A DNA stretch of 64,000 nucleotides from Thermodesulfobacteriota bacterium (GTDB lineage Bacteria; Desulfobacterota_D; UBA1144; Nemesobacterales; Nemesobacteraceae). Every line of letters starts with the position of its first letter. Positions within the stretch are counted from its first letter, which is position 1. The position numbers and the translations under genes were made by a program. The stretch covers positions 192,504-256,503 of the forward strand of contig OZ240231.1 of the NCBI GenBank assembly GCA_965197885.1, read 5' to 3'. Below, piece by piece: positions 18,401 to 26,909 of this stretch. The notes under the pieces are model-generated. The model was given only the letters and a program-made list of their open reading frames with translations, was not told the origin of the DNA and did not search any database.

Positions 18401-20891
18401 CTTGCACCTGGTAGAGGGTGTTCGCGGTTAGGCCCGTGATCGTCGCGCTGGTGCCGGTCTCGTTCTGGGGGCCGTCGATGAAGGTCCCGCTGGTGCCTTC
18501 CCGGTACTGCAGGTCGTAGGTGTCGATGGCGGGACCGGTGTTCGTCGGCGCCGTCCAGGTCACCGACAGGCTGGTGGTGCTGCCGGCGACCGAGGACACC
18601 GAGGGGGCCGCCGGCTGGCCCGGCGGGGTGGGGACGTAGGCGTTGGTCACGGTGGTCGCGGCGCGGGCGAGGTTGCCGTTGCCAGCGGCGTCGTCGACGG
18701 CGTCGGCGGCGAGCGCCACGGTGAGGTTCGTGGCCGAAGCGGTCAGGGCCGTCGTCAGGGTGATTTCGACCTTGGTTCCAACCACGCTCGCCGCGCTCGT
18801 CGCCGCGGTGACGCTGTTGGCCTGGATGGTGATGTCGCTATGACTGACCGCTCCGATGTCCTCGCTGAACACCAGCAACACCGATGCGCCGTTGGCTGAC
18901 GTCGTCGGCGCATCGGTGCCGGTGGTGACGAGCGTCGGGCGGATGCCGTCGACCTTGTGCCCGGCGTCAATGGCGACCGCGGTGTGGTCGAGGGCGGCGC
19001 TGATGGTCGTGCTGCCGGTGGCCGTGATGGTGCCGCTGGTTAGCGTGTTCGCCGCGATCCCGACGCCGTTCGGCGCCGTGTCGCCCACGCCCACCGTGTA
19101 GCTGCACGCCATCGTGGTCGTGTTCATGCCGGTCGCGCAGGTGGCCCCTTTCGCTGTGCCGTCAAAGTCCAGCTCCAGCTCCGGGGTGCCGGTGATGTCG
19201 ACCGCCGCGTCGAAGGTCACCGTCGCCGTGACGGTGTCGCTGATCGCGTAGGTGTTGTCAGTGCCGGGGGTGGAGGTCAGCGCGACCGACGAGACCTCCG
19301 GGCCGTCGGCCGTCAGCGCCAGGCAGACCGCGTAGCCATCGGCCCAGGTGGGGACGTTGCTGTACCAGGAATAGGCGTTCTGGGCGGAGCCGTACAAAGC
19401 ATCCGCCAACTGGTACGTCTGAGTCCCGACGTGAAACACGAGATCGTCCGCGGCGGTCCCGAGTTGCTCAGTGTCTCCGAGGTTGATCTGAAGTTGGACC
19501 GAGTCGACGAATAATGAATCGATTGTGTAGTCGGTGCCACCGAAACTGATCGTTGTGTCATCGAGACTCCCCCCGAAGCTGCTGTAACCGACCGCCAACG
19601 CATTCAGCCTTCCCACGGTCAGGTTTCCCGTCCAGACCTGGTTCGTCATCGAGGCGGCGCTGCACGCGACGGGCACGGCGACGCGAAGCACCCTGACGAT
19701 GTAGGTCTCCGTGGTCGTTGTGTCGGGCGCGGTCACCTTCACCTTGACGGTGTTGGTGCCGACATCGAGGTTGACCTGGAGGCCGGCGGTCATTGTGTCG
19801 GCGTCCGTCAGCGTGGCGTCCGAATCGTCGAGATACTCGACCGTCGCCGTCGTCTCGCTTGTCATCACGGTGATCGTGCTCTGGGTCACCGCATTCGCGA
19901 CCACAGCAAGGTACTCCTCTGGTGTGGTCGTGGCCGTGCCGAACGCCGGGCTAAGCGTCGCGCCGCTCACCGACAGGGCGCTCAGCGTCGCGTCGGTGGC
20001 GTCGCCGACCGTGTTCGCATAGCCAGAGACGATGATGCGAAGCGCCTCGTTGGCCCCGGACTTAAGCATCCAGGTACTGCCGCTCTGCCAGTAGAACTTG
20101 TTTTTGATGCTCCAGTCCGCGAGGCCGAGCGACGTATCTTCTCCGCTGGAGGTGGTGGTGTTGAGCTCCACGCTCGCGGTGCCGCGCTGCGTGACGACCA
20201 CCACGTAGTTGGTGTTCGCCGAGAGGGCGAGGCCGGTGTGCGTGAACGTCGCGATGACCCCGGTCGTGAAGGTCGCCGGCGCCGTCAGGGCCGTGCAGTC
20301 GCCGGCGGTGGTGGATGGAAACTCGTTCGTGGTGCCATCCTCCTCGCAGACCTCGACGTCGAAGGGGTCGTTCTGGGCGTCCTCGGAGTTGACGCGCACG
20401 CTGGTGAGCGTGTAGCCGTTCGTGTTGGCACCCGTGTGGAACAGCTGCGCATGTTTGTTGCCACTGGTGCTGGCGTTGTCATCGGGCCCTTGCGCGGAGT
20501 TGCTCACGAGAATGCGCACCGTCTGCGCCTCCGCCGCGGCCGCCCCGAGGAGCACCAGGCCCAAGACGAGGACGGCGGTGCGGCCTGGACGGGCGTGCCG
20601 CAGGGCGGCACAGCCAAGAAGGAGCACGGCAAGGGCACGCAGTCCGCGCGCGAGGGACGAAAGCGGTTGGGTGGCTTGGGGTCGGGCGGCCGGGCTTCTT
20701 TTGCCCGAAGACCGCGCCCCGGCGGGGACGACGGAAGGCAGCTTGGCCGGGGAGGCCGAATTCAGGCGATAATCTCGGCTCCGTGTATTACAAAAATGGG
20801 GGGGGGGTAGCGCAAAGGATAGTTCTGGAATCCTCCGCGGAATCCATGGCTCTTCCCGGAATATCGCAGCCGGATGATACGGTGAAATCAA
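15492..20891 (-). CDS. giant autotransporter (type Va) adhesin, 1799 aa, with Ig-like, cadherin-like, FN3 and approximately 93-aa tandem repeat passenger domains
   Basis: C-terminal roughly 450 aa has the alternating hydrophobic pattern of an autotransporter beta-barrel and ends in ...LRGDLRW. FN3 domains (LSVTWTAPTNTGPAIDTYDLQYREG...YQVQVRATNSDG). Cadherin-like domain (ATDGNNDQLTYTLEGG...IDLTNDVNERP). Repeats of the TYTPEPDFHGTDSFTYVVGDGSG type. GC content is markedly higher than the flanks (GCC/GGC/GTC-rich codons). The annotated start is a TTG; see the phase-variation finding. Confidence 0.85.
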   Translation of the reverse strand: MISPYHPAAIFREEPWIPRRIPELSFALPPPHFCNTRSRDYRLNSASPAKLPSVVPAGARSSGKRSPAARPQATQPLSSLARGLRALAVLLLGCAALRHARPGRTAVLVLGLVLLGAAAAEAQTVRILVSNSAQGPDDNASTSGNKHAQLFHTGANTNGYTLTSVRVNSEDAQNDPFDVEVCEEDGTTNEFPSTTAGDCTALTAPATFTTGVIATFTHTGLALSANTNYVVVVTQRGTASVELNTTTSSGEDTSLGLADWSIKNKFYWQSGSTWMLKSGANEALRIIVSGYANTVGDATDATLSALSVSGATLSPAFGTATTTPEEYLAVVANAVTQSTITVMTSETTATVEYLDDSDATLTDADTMTAGLQVNLDVGTNTVKVKVTAPDTTTTETYIVRVLRVAVPVACSAASMTNQVWTGNLTVGRLNALAVGYSSFGGSLDDTTISFGGTDYTIDSLFVDSVQLQINLGDTEQLGTAADDLVFHVGTQTYQLADALYGSAQNAYSWYSNVPTWADGYAVCLALTADGPEVSSVALTSTPGTDNTYAISDTVTATVTFDAAVDITGTPELELDFDGTAKGATCATGMNTTTMACSYTVGVGDTAPNGVGIAANTLTSGTITATGSTTISAALDHTAVAIDAGHKVDGIRPTLVTTGTDAPTTSANGASVLLVFSEDIGAVSHSDITIQANSVTAATSAASVVGTKVEITLTTALTASATNLTVALAADAVDDAAGNGNLARAATTVTNAYVPTPPGQPAAPSVSSVAGSTTSLSVTWTAPTNTGPAIDTYDLQYREGTSGTFIDGPQNETGTSATITGLTANTLYQVQVRATNSDGNSPWSPSGSGQTNTAGNSAPTFSSSTATRSVAENSPANTDVGAPVTATDGNNDQLTYTLEGGMDASSFSIVSTSGQIRTRPGVTYDYETTPSYTVIVKADDGNGGTDTVTVTIDLTNDVNERPLAPATPRVTATPGTPDSLTVSWSAPSNTGRPDISSYDLQYREGTSGDFTPGPQGVGGTSATIAGLTAAPTAYQVQVRATNSDGTGPWSPSGRIRTTPPPPVNNPPRAVDDAADTPEDTPVTIDVLGNDSDPDRNTLVVVEVSAPTHGTAVVSDTGAVVYTPEPDFHGTDRFTYVVGDGSGLTARAAVDVTVLPVDDPPLAGDDAADTPEDTPVTIDVLSNDSDPDGDALALVEVSAPTHGTAVTDTGAVVYTPEPDFHGTDSFTYVVGDGSGLTARAAVDVTVRPVNDPPLAAGVIPDRTLDIGDEPVALDLIPFFADRDGDALDYTAVVSDQAVALHLTGATLTLTATRPGTATVTVTAQDPGGLTATQAFMVTTTDHQEARSVKAWLARFGRTVANHAVEAVRGRMSSAQEPSRGVTLGGAELKEPPATEITEISPWDELVPEDRRPENFNSLRMREFLLSSSFEVSLAQNATQNPGPGWTAWGGAARTSFSGRDSDLSIDGDVTTATLGVDRAWDRVLLGLALARSTGDGSYNSGDIKGDLKSSITSAHPYLRFSLNDRLSAWTLLGYGKGELTLTYEGGGEKTDIEMKMAALGARGALVAAGGFDISARTDALLVRTSSEGTSRMTETEADVSRLRLVLEGSRPFAFASGSSLIPSVELGVRRDGGDAERGMGFEMGGAMRYINPSRGLTVEITARRLMAHERSGYSEWGAGGSLQFAPGGAERGFSAKLGSSVGTTASGVEGLWAMGDTRGLAGGDQAPGRLDAEAGYAMGAFGGSGVITPYGGFSMSGDRRYRAGWRLRLGDSFNLSLEGDRTENPDLPSSHAVALRGDLRW
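17151..17709. repeat. intragenic tandem duplication (approximately 279-bp period) inside the autotransporter gene
   Basis: caccggc[ca]gcaccgtcacgtccaccgccgcccgggccgtcagtcccgatccgtcgcccacgacgtaggtgaagc... occurs at about 17151 and again at about 17431 with more than 95% identity. Confidence 0.85.
20798..20807. repeat. G10 homopolymer (C10 on the coding strand) in the 5' region of the autotransporter gene; candidate slipped-strand phase-variation tract
   Basis: Ten consecutive G at 20798-20807. It encodes PPP/PPH in two overlapping frames (see finding). Confidence 0.9.
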
Positions 20892-21305
20892 GCATTGTTC
20901 GAAAACCTCCGTAGGGAATCAGCTTCTTTGGGAGTATAACATACACCGACCGGTTATACCAAGTCATTTTACGCCGCAAGGATTTTTTGGTTCCGATTTC
21001 CGCAGCGATAGCGGGACCGGCACGGCATCGGCCCGCATTCCGGCAATCTGACGGTCATGCTGCCTGATTCAGACAGAATACGGCATCGATTCCCGCGGAA
21101 CCGGCAATCCTCACCGACCAGCGGACGCAGCAACCCCTTCAGGGTTGCCTGCAGCTAAAATTGTTTTGCTTGATTCAAGCTTCAAAGAGAAGTACTGGGT
21201 AAAAAGTTTTTCGCCCCCTGCGAAAACCCTTGCTCTATATGCGTATACTCAACAGCGTAAATGCCTCTCGAAGCGTCTATACACGGAGTCGCAAAGACGA
21301 TTTTT

Positions 21306-21335
21306 TTTACATTTTGAGAACTTTTTGTCTATAAT
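21306..21335 (+). promoter_or_regulatory. putative sigma70 promoter upstream of prfA (TTTACA - 18 nt - TATAAT)
   Basis: tttaca at 21306-21311 and tataat at 21330-21335, 8 nt before the prfA ATG (near-leaderless). Confidence 0.4.
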
Positions 21336-21343
21336 TCCCTGCC

Positions 21344-22432
21344 ATGCAAGCAAGTCCCGTCGAAGATAAGAAGCTGTTTGAAAAACTCGAAGAGCTTGAG
21401 CGGAAGTTCATTGAGCTTGAGAAGGCGCTCAGCGACCCGGATATCTCCGCCCAGCGGAGAATCAAGTGTTCAAAGGAGCGGGCGGAACTTGAGGACGTGG
21501 TCTCCGTTTACAGACGACTTAAGGAAGTTGTGGAGACAGCCGAGGAGAACCGCAAGCTGCTTGATGACAGGGAACTTGCGTCTCTTGCCCGCGAGGAGCT
21601 CGATGAGCTTTCGGAGGAGAAAAACGGACTTGAAGAGAGGCTCAGGGAACTTCTTCTTCCCAAAGATCCGAATCTTGGGAAAAACGTTTTCCTCGAGATA
21701 AGGGCCGGAGCCGGAGGGGAGGAGGCGGCGCTTTTCGCGGCTGACCTTCTCAGGATGTACTCAAGGTACTGTGAGGATCGCCGCTGGAAGGTCGACACCA
21801 TAACCATGAATGAAACCGGGATCGGAGGAATAAAGGAACTTGTGGTAAAAATTGAAGGAAGAGATGTTTACGGAAAGCTCAGGTATGAAAGCGGGGTTCA
21901 CAGGGTCCAGCGAATACCCTCGACGGAGGCCGGCGGGAGAATACATACATCCACGGCAACCGTCGCCGTGCTGCCGGAGGCCGACGAGGTTGACGTGGAA
22001 GTGGACGAGAAGGAACTCAAGGTGGATACTTTCAGGTCTTCGGGGCCGGGGGGTCAGCACGTCAACAAAACGGATTCCGCGATAAGGATAACCCACCTTT
22101 CCACGGGAATAGTCGTTCAGTGCCAAGATGACCGCTCGCAGCAGAAAAACAGGGTTCACGCCATGGGTATGCTCCGCGCGAAACTTTACGAAATGGAGGA
22201 GCGCAAGCGCGCAAGCGAAATTTCGCGCACCAGGAAAACCCAGGTCGGAAGCGGGGACAGAAGCGAAAAGATAAGAACCTACAACTTTCCCCAGGGAAGA
22301 ATAACCGACCACAGAATAGGGCTCACTCTCCATAAGCTTGATGCGGTGCTGGGAGGAGATCTTGATCCTCTGCTGGAGCCGCTCGCAGCTCATTTTCAGG
22401 CGGAAAGTCTTAAGAATCTCTCGGAGGGCTGA
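21344..22432 (+). CDS. prfA: peptide chain release factor 1
   Basis: PST tripeptide in RIPSTEAGGRIHTS (RF1-type PxT, not the SPF of RF2); GGQHVNKTDSAIRITHL GGQ motif; no frameshift site. Confidence 0.92.
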   Translation: MQASPVEDKKLFEKLEELERKFIELEKALSDPDISAQRRIKCSKERAELEDVVSVYRRLKEVVETAEENRKLLDDRELASLAREELDELSEEKNGLEERLRELLLPKDPNLGKNVFLEIRAGAGGEEAALFAADLLRMYSRYCEDRRWKVDTITMNETGIGGIKELVVKIEGRDVYGKLRYESGVHRVQRIPSTEAGGRIHTSTATVAVLPEADEVDVEVDEKELKVDTFRSSGPGGQHVNKTDSAIRITHLSTGIVVQCQDDRSQQKNRVHAMGMLRAKLYEMEERKRASEISRTRKTQVGSGDRSEKIRTYNFPQGRITDHRIGLTLHKLDAVLGGDLDPLLEPLAAHFQAESLKNLSEG

Positions 22433-22483
22433 CGGCTCTTCCTGACTTGTATTTGCCGGTCCGCGCAATACAATATACCTTCA

Positions 22484-23287
22484 ATGAAGGTTATCTATAT
22501 TATTTCCGCCCTTTACCTGCTTTCCTCCCTTCTCTACGGAACGTACCTTTGGTCGCAGAAAAGAAAAATCTCCCGGGCGGGAGTTTATTTCGCCGTTGCG
22601 GGAGTGCTCGTTCATACCGCCTTGCTCGTTGTTTTCCTCGTGCGCGGGGATATACTGGCCGGAAGCACTTCAAGGCCTCTTTTTATTTTTTCGTGGTTAA
22701 TAGCGCTTGTCTTCCTCGTCTCGCAGCTAAGGTTCAGGACCCCGGTGCTCGGCGCGTTCGTGCTCCCTGTGGCCTTTCTTGGAACCCTGCCCTACGTGAT
22801 CATTCCTGACGGGATGATCACCCAGGATCCTACGCTTAGCAACCCCTGGGTACTCGCGCATATACTGTCCATTTTCCTTGGGGAGGCGTTTTTCGCGATA
22901 TCGTTTCTCGCGGGCGCGATCTACATATTTCAGGAAAACCAGCTAAAGTCTAAAAGAATCGGAAGCCATCTGAAAAAACTCCCTTCCCTGATAACCCTTG
23001 ACAGGATAAACCACCTTAGTCTTCTGCTCGGGTTTCCCCTTCTGACCGTGAGTCTCATAATCGGTTTCATACTGGCAAGGGAGATATGGAGTGAGGGGTG
23101 GATATGGGGAGCCAAGGAGACGTGGTCGACGGTTACGTGGCTTCTTTACGCTTTTTTGATAAACGGACGCCTTTCGCTTGGGTGGAGAGGCAGAAGGGCC
23201 GCGGTCGGAGCGGTGATCGGATTCTGCATTGTGGTGGTGACGTTTGTGGTGGGATATGTCTTCCCGGGGCAGCACAGATTTGAGTGA
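22484..23287 (+). CDS. cytochrome c assembly protein family membrane protein (CcsA/HemX-like)
   Basis: Polytopic membrane protein with a Trp-rich segment WSEGWIWGAKETWSTVTWLLY reminiscent of the CcsA/ResC WWD-like region. Confidence 0.55.
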   Translation: MKVIYIISALYLLSSLLYGTYLWSQKRKISRAGVYFAVAGVLVHTALLVVFLVRGDILAGSTSRPLFIFSWLIALVFLVSQLRFRTPVLGAFVLPVAFLGTLPYVIIPDGMITQDPTLSNPWVLAHILSIFLGEAFFAISFLAGAIYIFQENQLKSKRIGSHLKKLPSLITLDRINHLSLLLGFPLLTVSLIIGFILAREIWSEGWIWGAKETWSTVTWLLYAFLINGRLSLGWRGRRAAVGAVIGFCIVVVTFVVGYVFPGQHRFE

Positions 23288-23378
23288 GGTTACCGGCTGT
23301 TTTGCGTAATTCAGGTATACAAAAATCCGGAAATGACGTTATAATATATCTCCTAAATCGCAACAACAACACTGTCTT

Positions 23379-23594
23379 ATGGAGGAAACAATGGCTGTAG
23401 CTAGAGTAACGGAAGTGATAGGATCATCCGATAAGTCATGGGATGACGCTGTGCAGGAGGCTCTTGACAGGGCGAACAAGACGATAAGGGGCCTTACCGG
23501 AATCGAAGTGACTAAAATGAACGCCCGCATAGAGGACGGGGAGATTACCGAATACCGCTCCCACGTCAGAATCACTTTTATTCTGGAAGATTAG
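23379..23594 (+). CDS. dodecin (flavin-binding) family protein
   Basis: MAVARVTEVIGSSDKSWDDAVQEALDRANKTIRGLTGIEVTKMNARIEDGEITEYRSHVRITFILED aligns with bacterial dodecins (…YRVIEIVGTSPDGVDAAIQ…FQVTMKVGFRLED). The start may be the internal ATG at 23391. Confidence 0.8.
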   Translation: MEETMAVARVTEVIGSSDKSWDDAVQEALDRANKTIRGLTGIEVTKMNARIEDGEITEYRSHVRITFILED

Positions 23595-23633
23595 TATTTT
23601 TTCCCGGAACATTTTCCCAGAACTGAAAACGAC

Positions 23634-24512
23634 GTGATGAACAGTTTTGTAAAATCACATGGATTGGGAAATGATTATATTGTCTTAGACAGCGCCGACA
23701 TAGATTTTGAGCTCGGCAAAAACGCAATAGAACTCATATGCCATAGGAACTACGGCGTAGGTTCAGACGGGATACTGCTCCTGGTACCCCCTGGCAGCGG
23801 GGATTTCGGGCTCAGGATTCTCAATCCCGACGGGAGTGAAGCGGAGAAAAGCGGAAACGGGCTCAGAATTTTCGCCAAGTATCTTTACGAGAAAGGGCAT
23901 GCTTCTGGCAAGACTTTCTCCATAGATACTCCCGGCGGTCTTGTTACGGCCGAAGTCGAGGAAAAAGACGGAAAGGTACACCACGTCACGGTCGAGATGG
24001 GCAGGGCGACTTTCAGGGCGGATGAAATACCGGTAGATATTGAAAAAGAAGAAGTGGTGGCGCAGCGCCTCACGCTCGGGGGAGGGGAATTTGATTTTAC
24101 GGCCGTTTCAGTGGGTAATCCGCACTGCGTTATTTTCTTTGATGAACTTAGAGAAGATCTCATAAGGGAACTTGGACCCGAGATAGAGAACCACCCTGTT
24201 TTTCCGAACAGAACAAATGTTCAGTTCGCTCAGGTGATTTCGCGCGACAGCGTCCGTATTCTCATCTGGGAGAGAGGGGCCGGTTATACTCTTGCCTCTG
24301 GGAGCAGTTCCTGCGCGGTTGCGGCCGCGTGCGTAAAATCTGGTCTTACGGGTCGCCAGCTTCGGGTTATGATGCCCGGCGGGCGTCTTGACATAAACGT
24401 CGGGGATGACTGGTCAATCACGATGCGCGGTGAAGTGGAAGAGGTTTTTTCCGGAATCTTAAGCGACGACCTGCTTTACAAGCTAAGAAATCCCTCCGCG
24501 ATAAACTTTTAG
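23634..24512 (+). CDS. dapF: diaminopimelate epimerase
   Basis: HGLGNDYIVLD N-terminus; SVGNPHCVIF active-site Cys region; SGSSSCAVAAA second catalytic Cys. Confidence 0.9.
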   Translation: MMNSFVKSHGLGNDYIVLDSADIDFELGKNAIELICHRNYGVGSDGILLLVPPGSGDFGLRILNPDGSEAEKSGNGLRIFAKYLYEKGHASGKTFSIDTPGGLVTAEVEEKDGKVHHVTVEMGRATFRADEIPVDIEKEEVVAQRLTLGGGEFDFTAVSVGNPHCVIFFDELREDLIRELGPEIENHPVFPNRTNVQFAQVISRDSVRILIWERGAGYTLASGSSSCAVAAACVKSGLTGRQLRVMMPGGRLDINVGDDWSITMRGEVEEVFSGILSDDLLYKLRNPSAINF

Positions 24513-24526
24513 AGCGCTCCGTTTTC

Positions 24527-25786
24527 TTGATGAAAAAACTGCTTTTAACGGCGGACTTTGTGGTTCCGGTAAGTTCAGAACCGATTCGCAACGGAGCAGT
24601 CGTCGTGGATGGTGGGCGTATCGTTGACATCGGAACATCGGGAGAAATCGAGGCTGCCTACCCCGACTTTCAGAAAATAAGAAAACCGAACTCTATAATA
24701 CTCCCCGGGTTCGTAAACGCCCACACACATCTTGAGCTCAGCTGGACGAAGGGAAAGATCAGGGGTTTTGAAGATTTTACCGGATGGCTTGAGCGGTTAA
24801 TCACCCTTAAGGCCGACGGGATTGATCAAGGCCTCATGGAAGATTCAATGAAGACGGGGCTTCGCGATGTCATAGAAAGCGGAGTTACAACCGTTGGGGA
24901 AATATCCTCTTTGGATTTCGGGGGAAGGGAGATCCTCAAAAATTCGGGGATGAGGATTATTGCGTTTCTCGAACTTTTTGACCGGGTTTCACCAAGGCTT
25001 CCCTCGCTTGAATTTCAAAGCGAAGACCTCTATGAGGAAAGACCCTTTCCGCACGCGCCTTATTCCTGCGGCCCGGAACTTCTGGATGCGGTTTTCGCCT
25101 GCGCGCGCGAAAACGCGGTTGCGGCAGGAATCCACCTGGGCGAGAGCCCTGATGAAGTCGATTTTCTGCGAAACCTGCCCAACAAATTTGAACGGAAAAT
25201 CTTTCCGCTTATAGGGAAAAAACCCTTCGAGAGGCCAGGGGCCGAGACACCGACGCGCTACATAGACGGATTTCTGCGTGGAGGAGACGTAAGACTCTCC
25301 GCCGTTCATATGGTCCAGGTGGTGGCCGGAGACATGGAGATAGTCCGAAGCGCCGATATCGGCATTATTCTTTGTCCCAGGAGCAATGTTTTTCTTAAAG
25401 TGGGGAAACCGAACCTCCGGCAGATGCTTGATTATGAAAGGGTAGGGCTCGGGACCGACGGGCTTTCGAGCAACTCGGATCTTGATTTCTTTCGGGAAAT
25501 AAGATTCCTCCGTGACATTATGGCCGAGCAGGGAATACGGCAAAGCGCCCGTCTGGCAGTTTGTTTCGCGACTCTCGGTGGGGCAAAGGCTCTTTTTATC
25601 GAAGAGAAGACAGGAAGTCTTGAGATAGGAAAAAGTGCCGACATCATATGCGTTGACTGCGAAGGGGAAATTGCTCCCGATCCCTATTCTTGCATAGTGT
25701 CTTCGGGGCCGGAGAATCTTCGGTTCTCAATGGTAGGGGGGAATTTCATCTACCGCAAAGACTCCTGTGCCTCTTGTGAGCATTAG
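24527..25786 (+). CDS. metal-dependent amidohydrolase, MtaD / aminodeoxyfutalosine deaminase-like
   Basis: ILPGFVNAHTHLELS metal-binding motif of the chlorohydrolase/MTA-SAH deaminase family; located about 1 kb from mqnD/mqnA. Confidence 0.7.
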   Translation: MMKKLLLTADFVVPVSSEPIRNGAVVVDGGRIVDIGTSGEIEAAYPDFQKIRKPNSIILPGFVNAHTHLELSWTKGKIRGFEDFTGWLERLITLKADGIDQGLMEDSMKTGLRDVIESGVTTVGEISSLDFGGREILKNSGMRIIAFLELFDRVSPRLPSLEFQSEDLYEERPFPHAPYSCGPELLDAVFACARENAVAAGIHLGESPDEVDFLRNLPNKFERKIFPLIGKKPFERPGAETPTRYIDGFLRGGDVRLSAVHMVQVVAGDMEIVRSADIGIILCPRSNVFLKVGKPNLRQMLDYERVGLGTDGLSSNSDLDFFREIRFLRDIMAEQGIRQSARLAVCFATLGGAKALFIEEKTGSLEIGKSADIICVDCEGEIAPDPYSCIVSSGPENLRFSMVGGNFIYRKDSCASCEH

Positions 25787-25804
25787 TTCTCTACTGTATC
25801 CCCG

Positions 25805-26872
25805 ATGACCGAATCGAAGCCCCAAAAGCTTTTTGTCTATGGAACCCTGCGAAAGGGCGGGACGAGAAGCGGGCACCTTGAGCGATGCAGGCTGCTTGGG
25901 ATGATGAAAGTTCCCGGCGCTCTTTACCGTACGCCTCTTGGTTATCCGGCAGCCGTGTTTGACGAGACTTCCTCTCTTACTGTCCAGGGAGAGCTCTATG
26001 ATCTTCCCCCGGATTCCGAAGTTTTTATCAGGAGCGTGGACCGCCTGGAGGGCGTGGATGAAAAGCTTTTTTCAAGATCGGTCATCCGCTGTGAACAAGA
26101 ATCTTTTTATTCCTATGAACCGGGCCCGGATCTCAGAAGGCGGGTCAGCGATACGGACATAATAAAAAGCGGCAACTGGTTCTCCGGTCCCGCCCTCTGC
26201 GGCGAGGACCCTTTTTCTTTTGCCGTTGCTTTTGAGAACATCCAGAAACAGTACTACAGAATGAAACCCGACGGTCACGCGGAAGAGAACATCTTTCTTG
26301 AAGGCACGGTCCCGGTTCTTGTGACCTGTCCGCACTCAACCGCCCATACGAGAATGGGGAAACTGAAACGCCATGAATTCTACACCGCCGCCCTCGGCGC
26401 CGTGGCGCATCTGGTTCTCGGCTGCCACTGTCTTTACGCGAACAGGGAACAGGAAACAGACCCTAATTACTATGATGACTGCGGTTTTAAGACCGCGCTT
26501 GGAAAAATTCTATCCGAGACGAAAATAGATCTCGTCGTGGATATACACGGTACCGGAAACGAGAGGCCCGAGGATCTGTTTCCGGGGGTGGGGACGGAGA
26601 GGGAATTCCTTCTTTCGGCCCCGGATGTTCTTGATAAGTTTTATCTGACCGCGGAGGAACATGGAATTGCTGCCGGAAGCGCAGGTATTTTTCCCGCGGC
26701 AAGGCAGATGACCGTGGCGAAGTTTGCCGCGAACCGGTTTTCGGTTCCTGCGATCCAGATCGAGATAAGCGACAGGCTCAGGATGCCGTGGCGGCGGGAA
26801 AAAGAATTTCGCCGCCTCTTAGGGTTTCTTCTGGGGTTTGTCGAAAAAGTAATTTCAGAGAAAGTGGGCTAG
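25805..26872 (+). CDS. fusion protein: N-terminal gamma-glutamyl cyclotransferase (AIG2/GGCT-like) domain plus uncharacterised C-terminal domain
   Basis: KLFVYGTLRKGG... is the GGCT/AIG2 signature; C-terminal about 200 aa (VLVTCPHSTAHTRMG...VDIHGTGNE) not confidently assigned. Confidence 0.55.
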   Translation: MTESKPQKLFVYGTLRKGGTRSGHLERCRLLGMMKVPGALYRTPLGYPAAVFDETSSLTVQGELYDLPPDSEVFIRSVDRLEGVDEKLFSRSVIRCEQESFYSYEPGPDLRRRVSDTDIIKSGNWFSGPALCGEDPFSFAVAFENIQKQYYRMKPDGHAEENIFLEGTVPVLVTCPHSTAHTRMGKLKRHEFYTAALGAVAHLVLGCHCLYANREQETDPNYYDDCGFKTALGKILSETKIDLVVDIHGTGNERPEDLFPGVGTEREFLLSAPDVLDKFYLTAEEHGIAAGSAGIFPAARQMTVAKFAANRFSVPAIQIEISDRLRMPWRREKEFRRLLGFLLGFVEKVISEKVG

Positions 26873-26909
26873 GGCGGATAACGCGCTGTGTTTCTGCAGG
26901 CCGAAAAAA

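Noticed and set aside
16773-18431. 552-aa Arg/Gly/Val-rich + strand ORF, and many other 60-200-aa ORFs antisense to the autotransporter gene
   Set aside because: They are shadow ORFs expected in a GC-rich gene (GC-rich codons rarely give stops in any frame). Their translations are low-complexity and unprotein-like, while the minus-strand product has clear domain structure.
21344-22432. Considered a programmed +1 frameshift release factor 2 (prfB)
   Set aside because: The protein carries the RF1-type PST tripeptide rather than SPF, and is one uninterrupted ORF, so it is prfA with no recoding.
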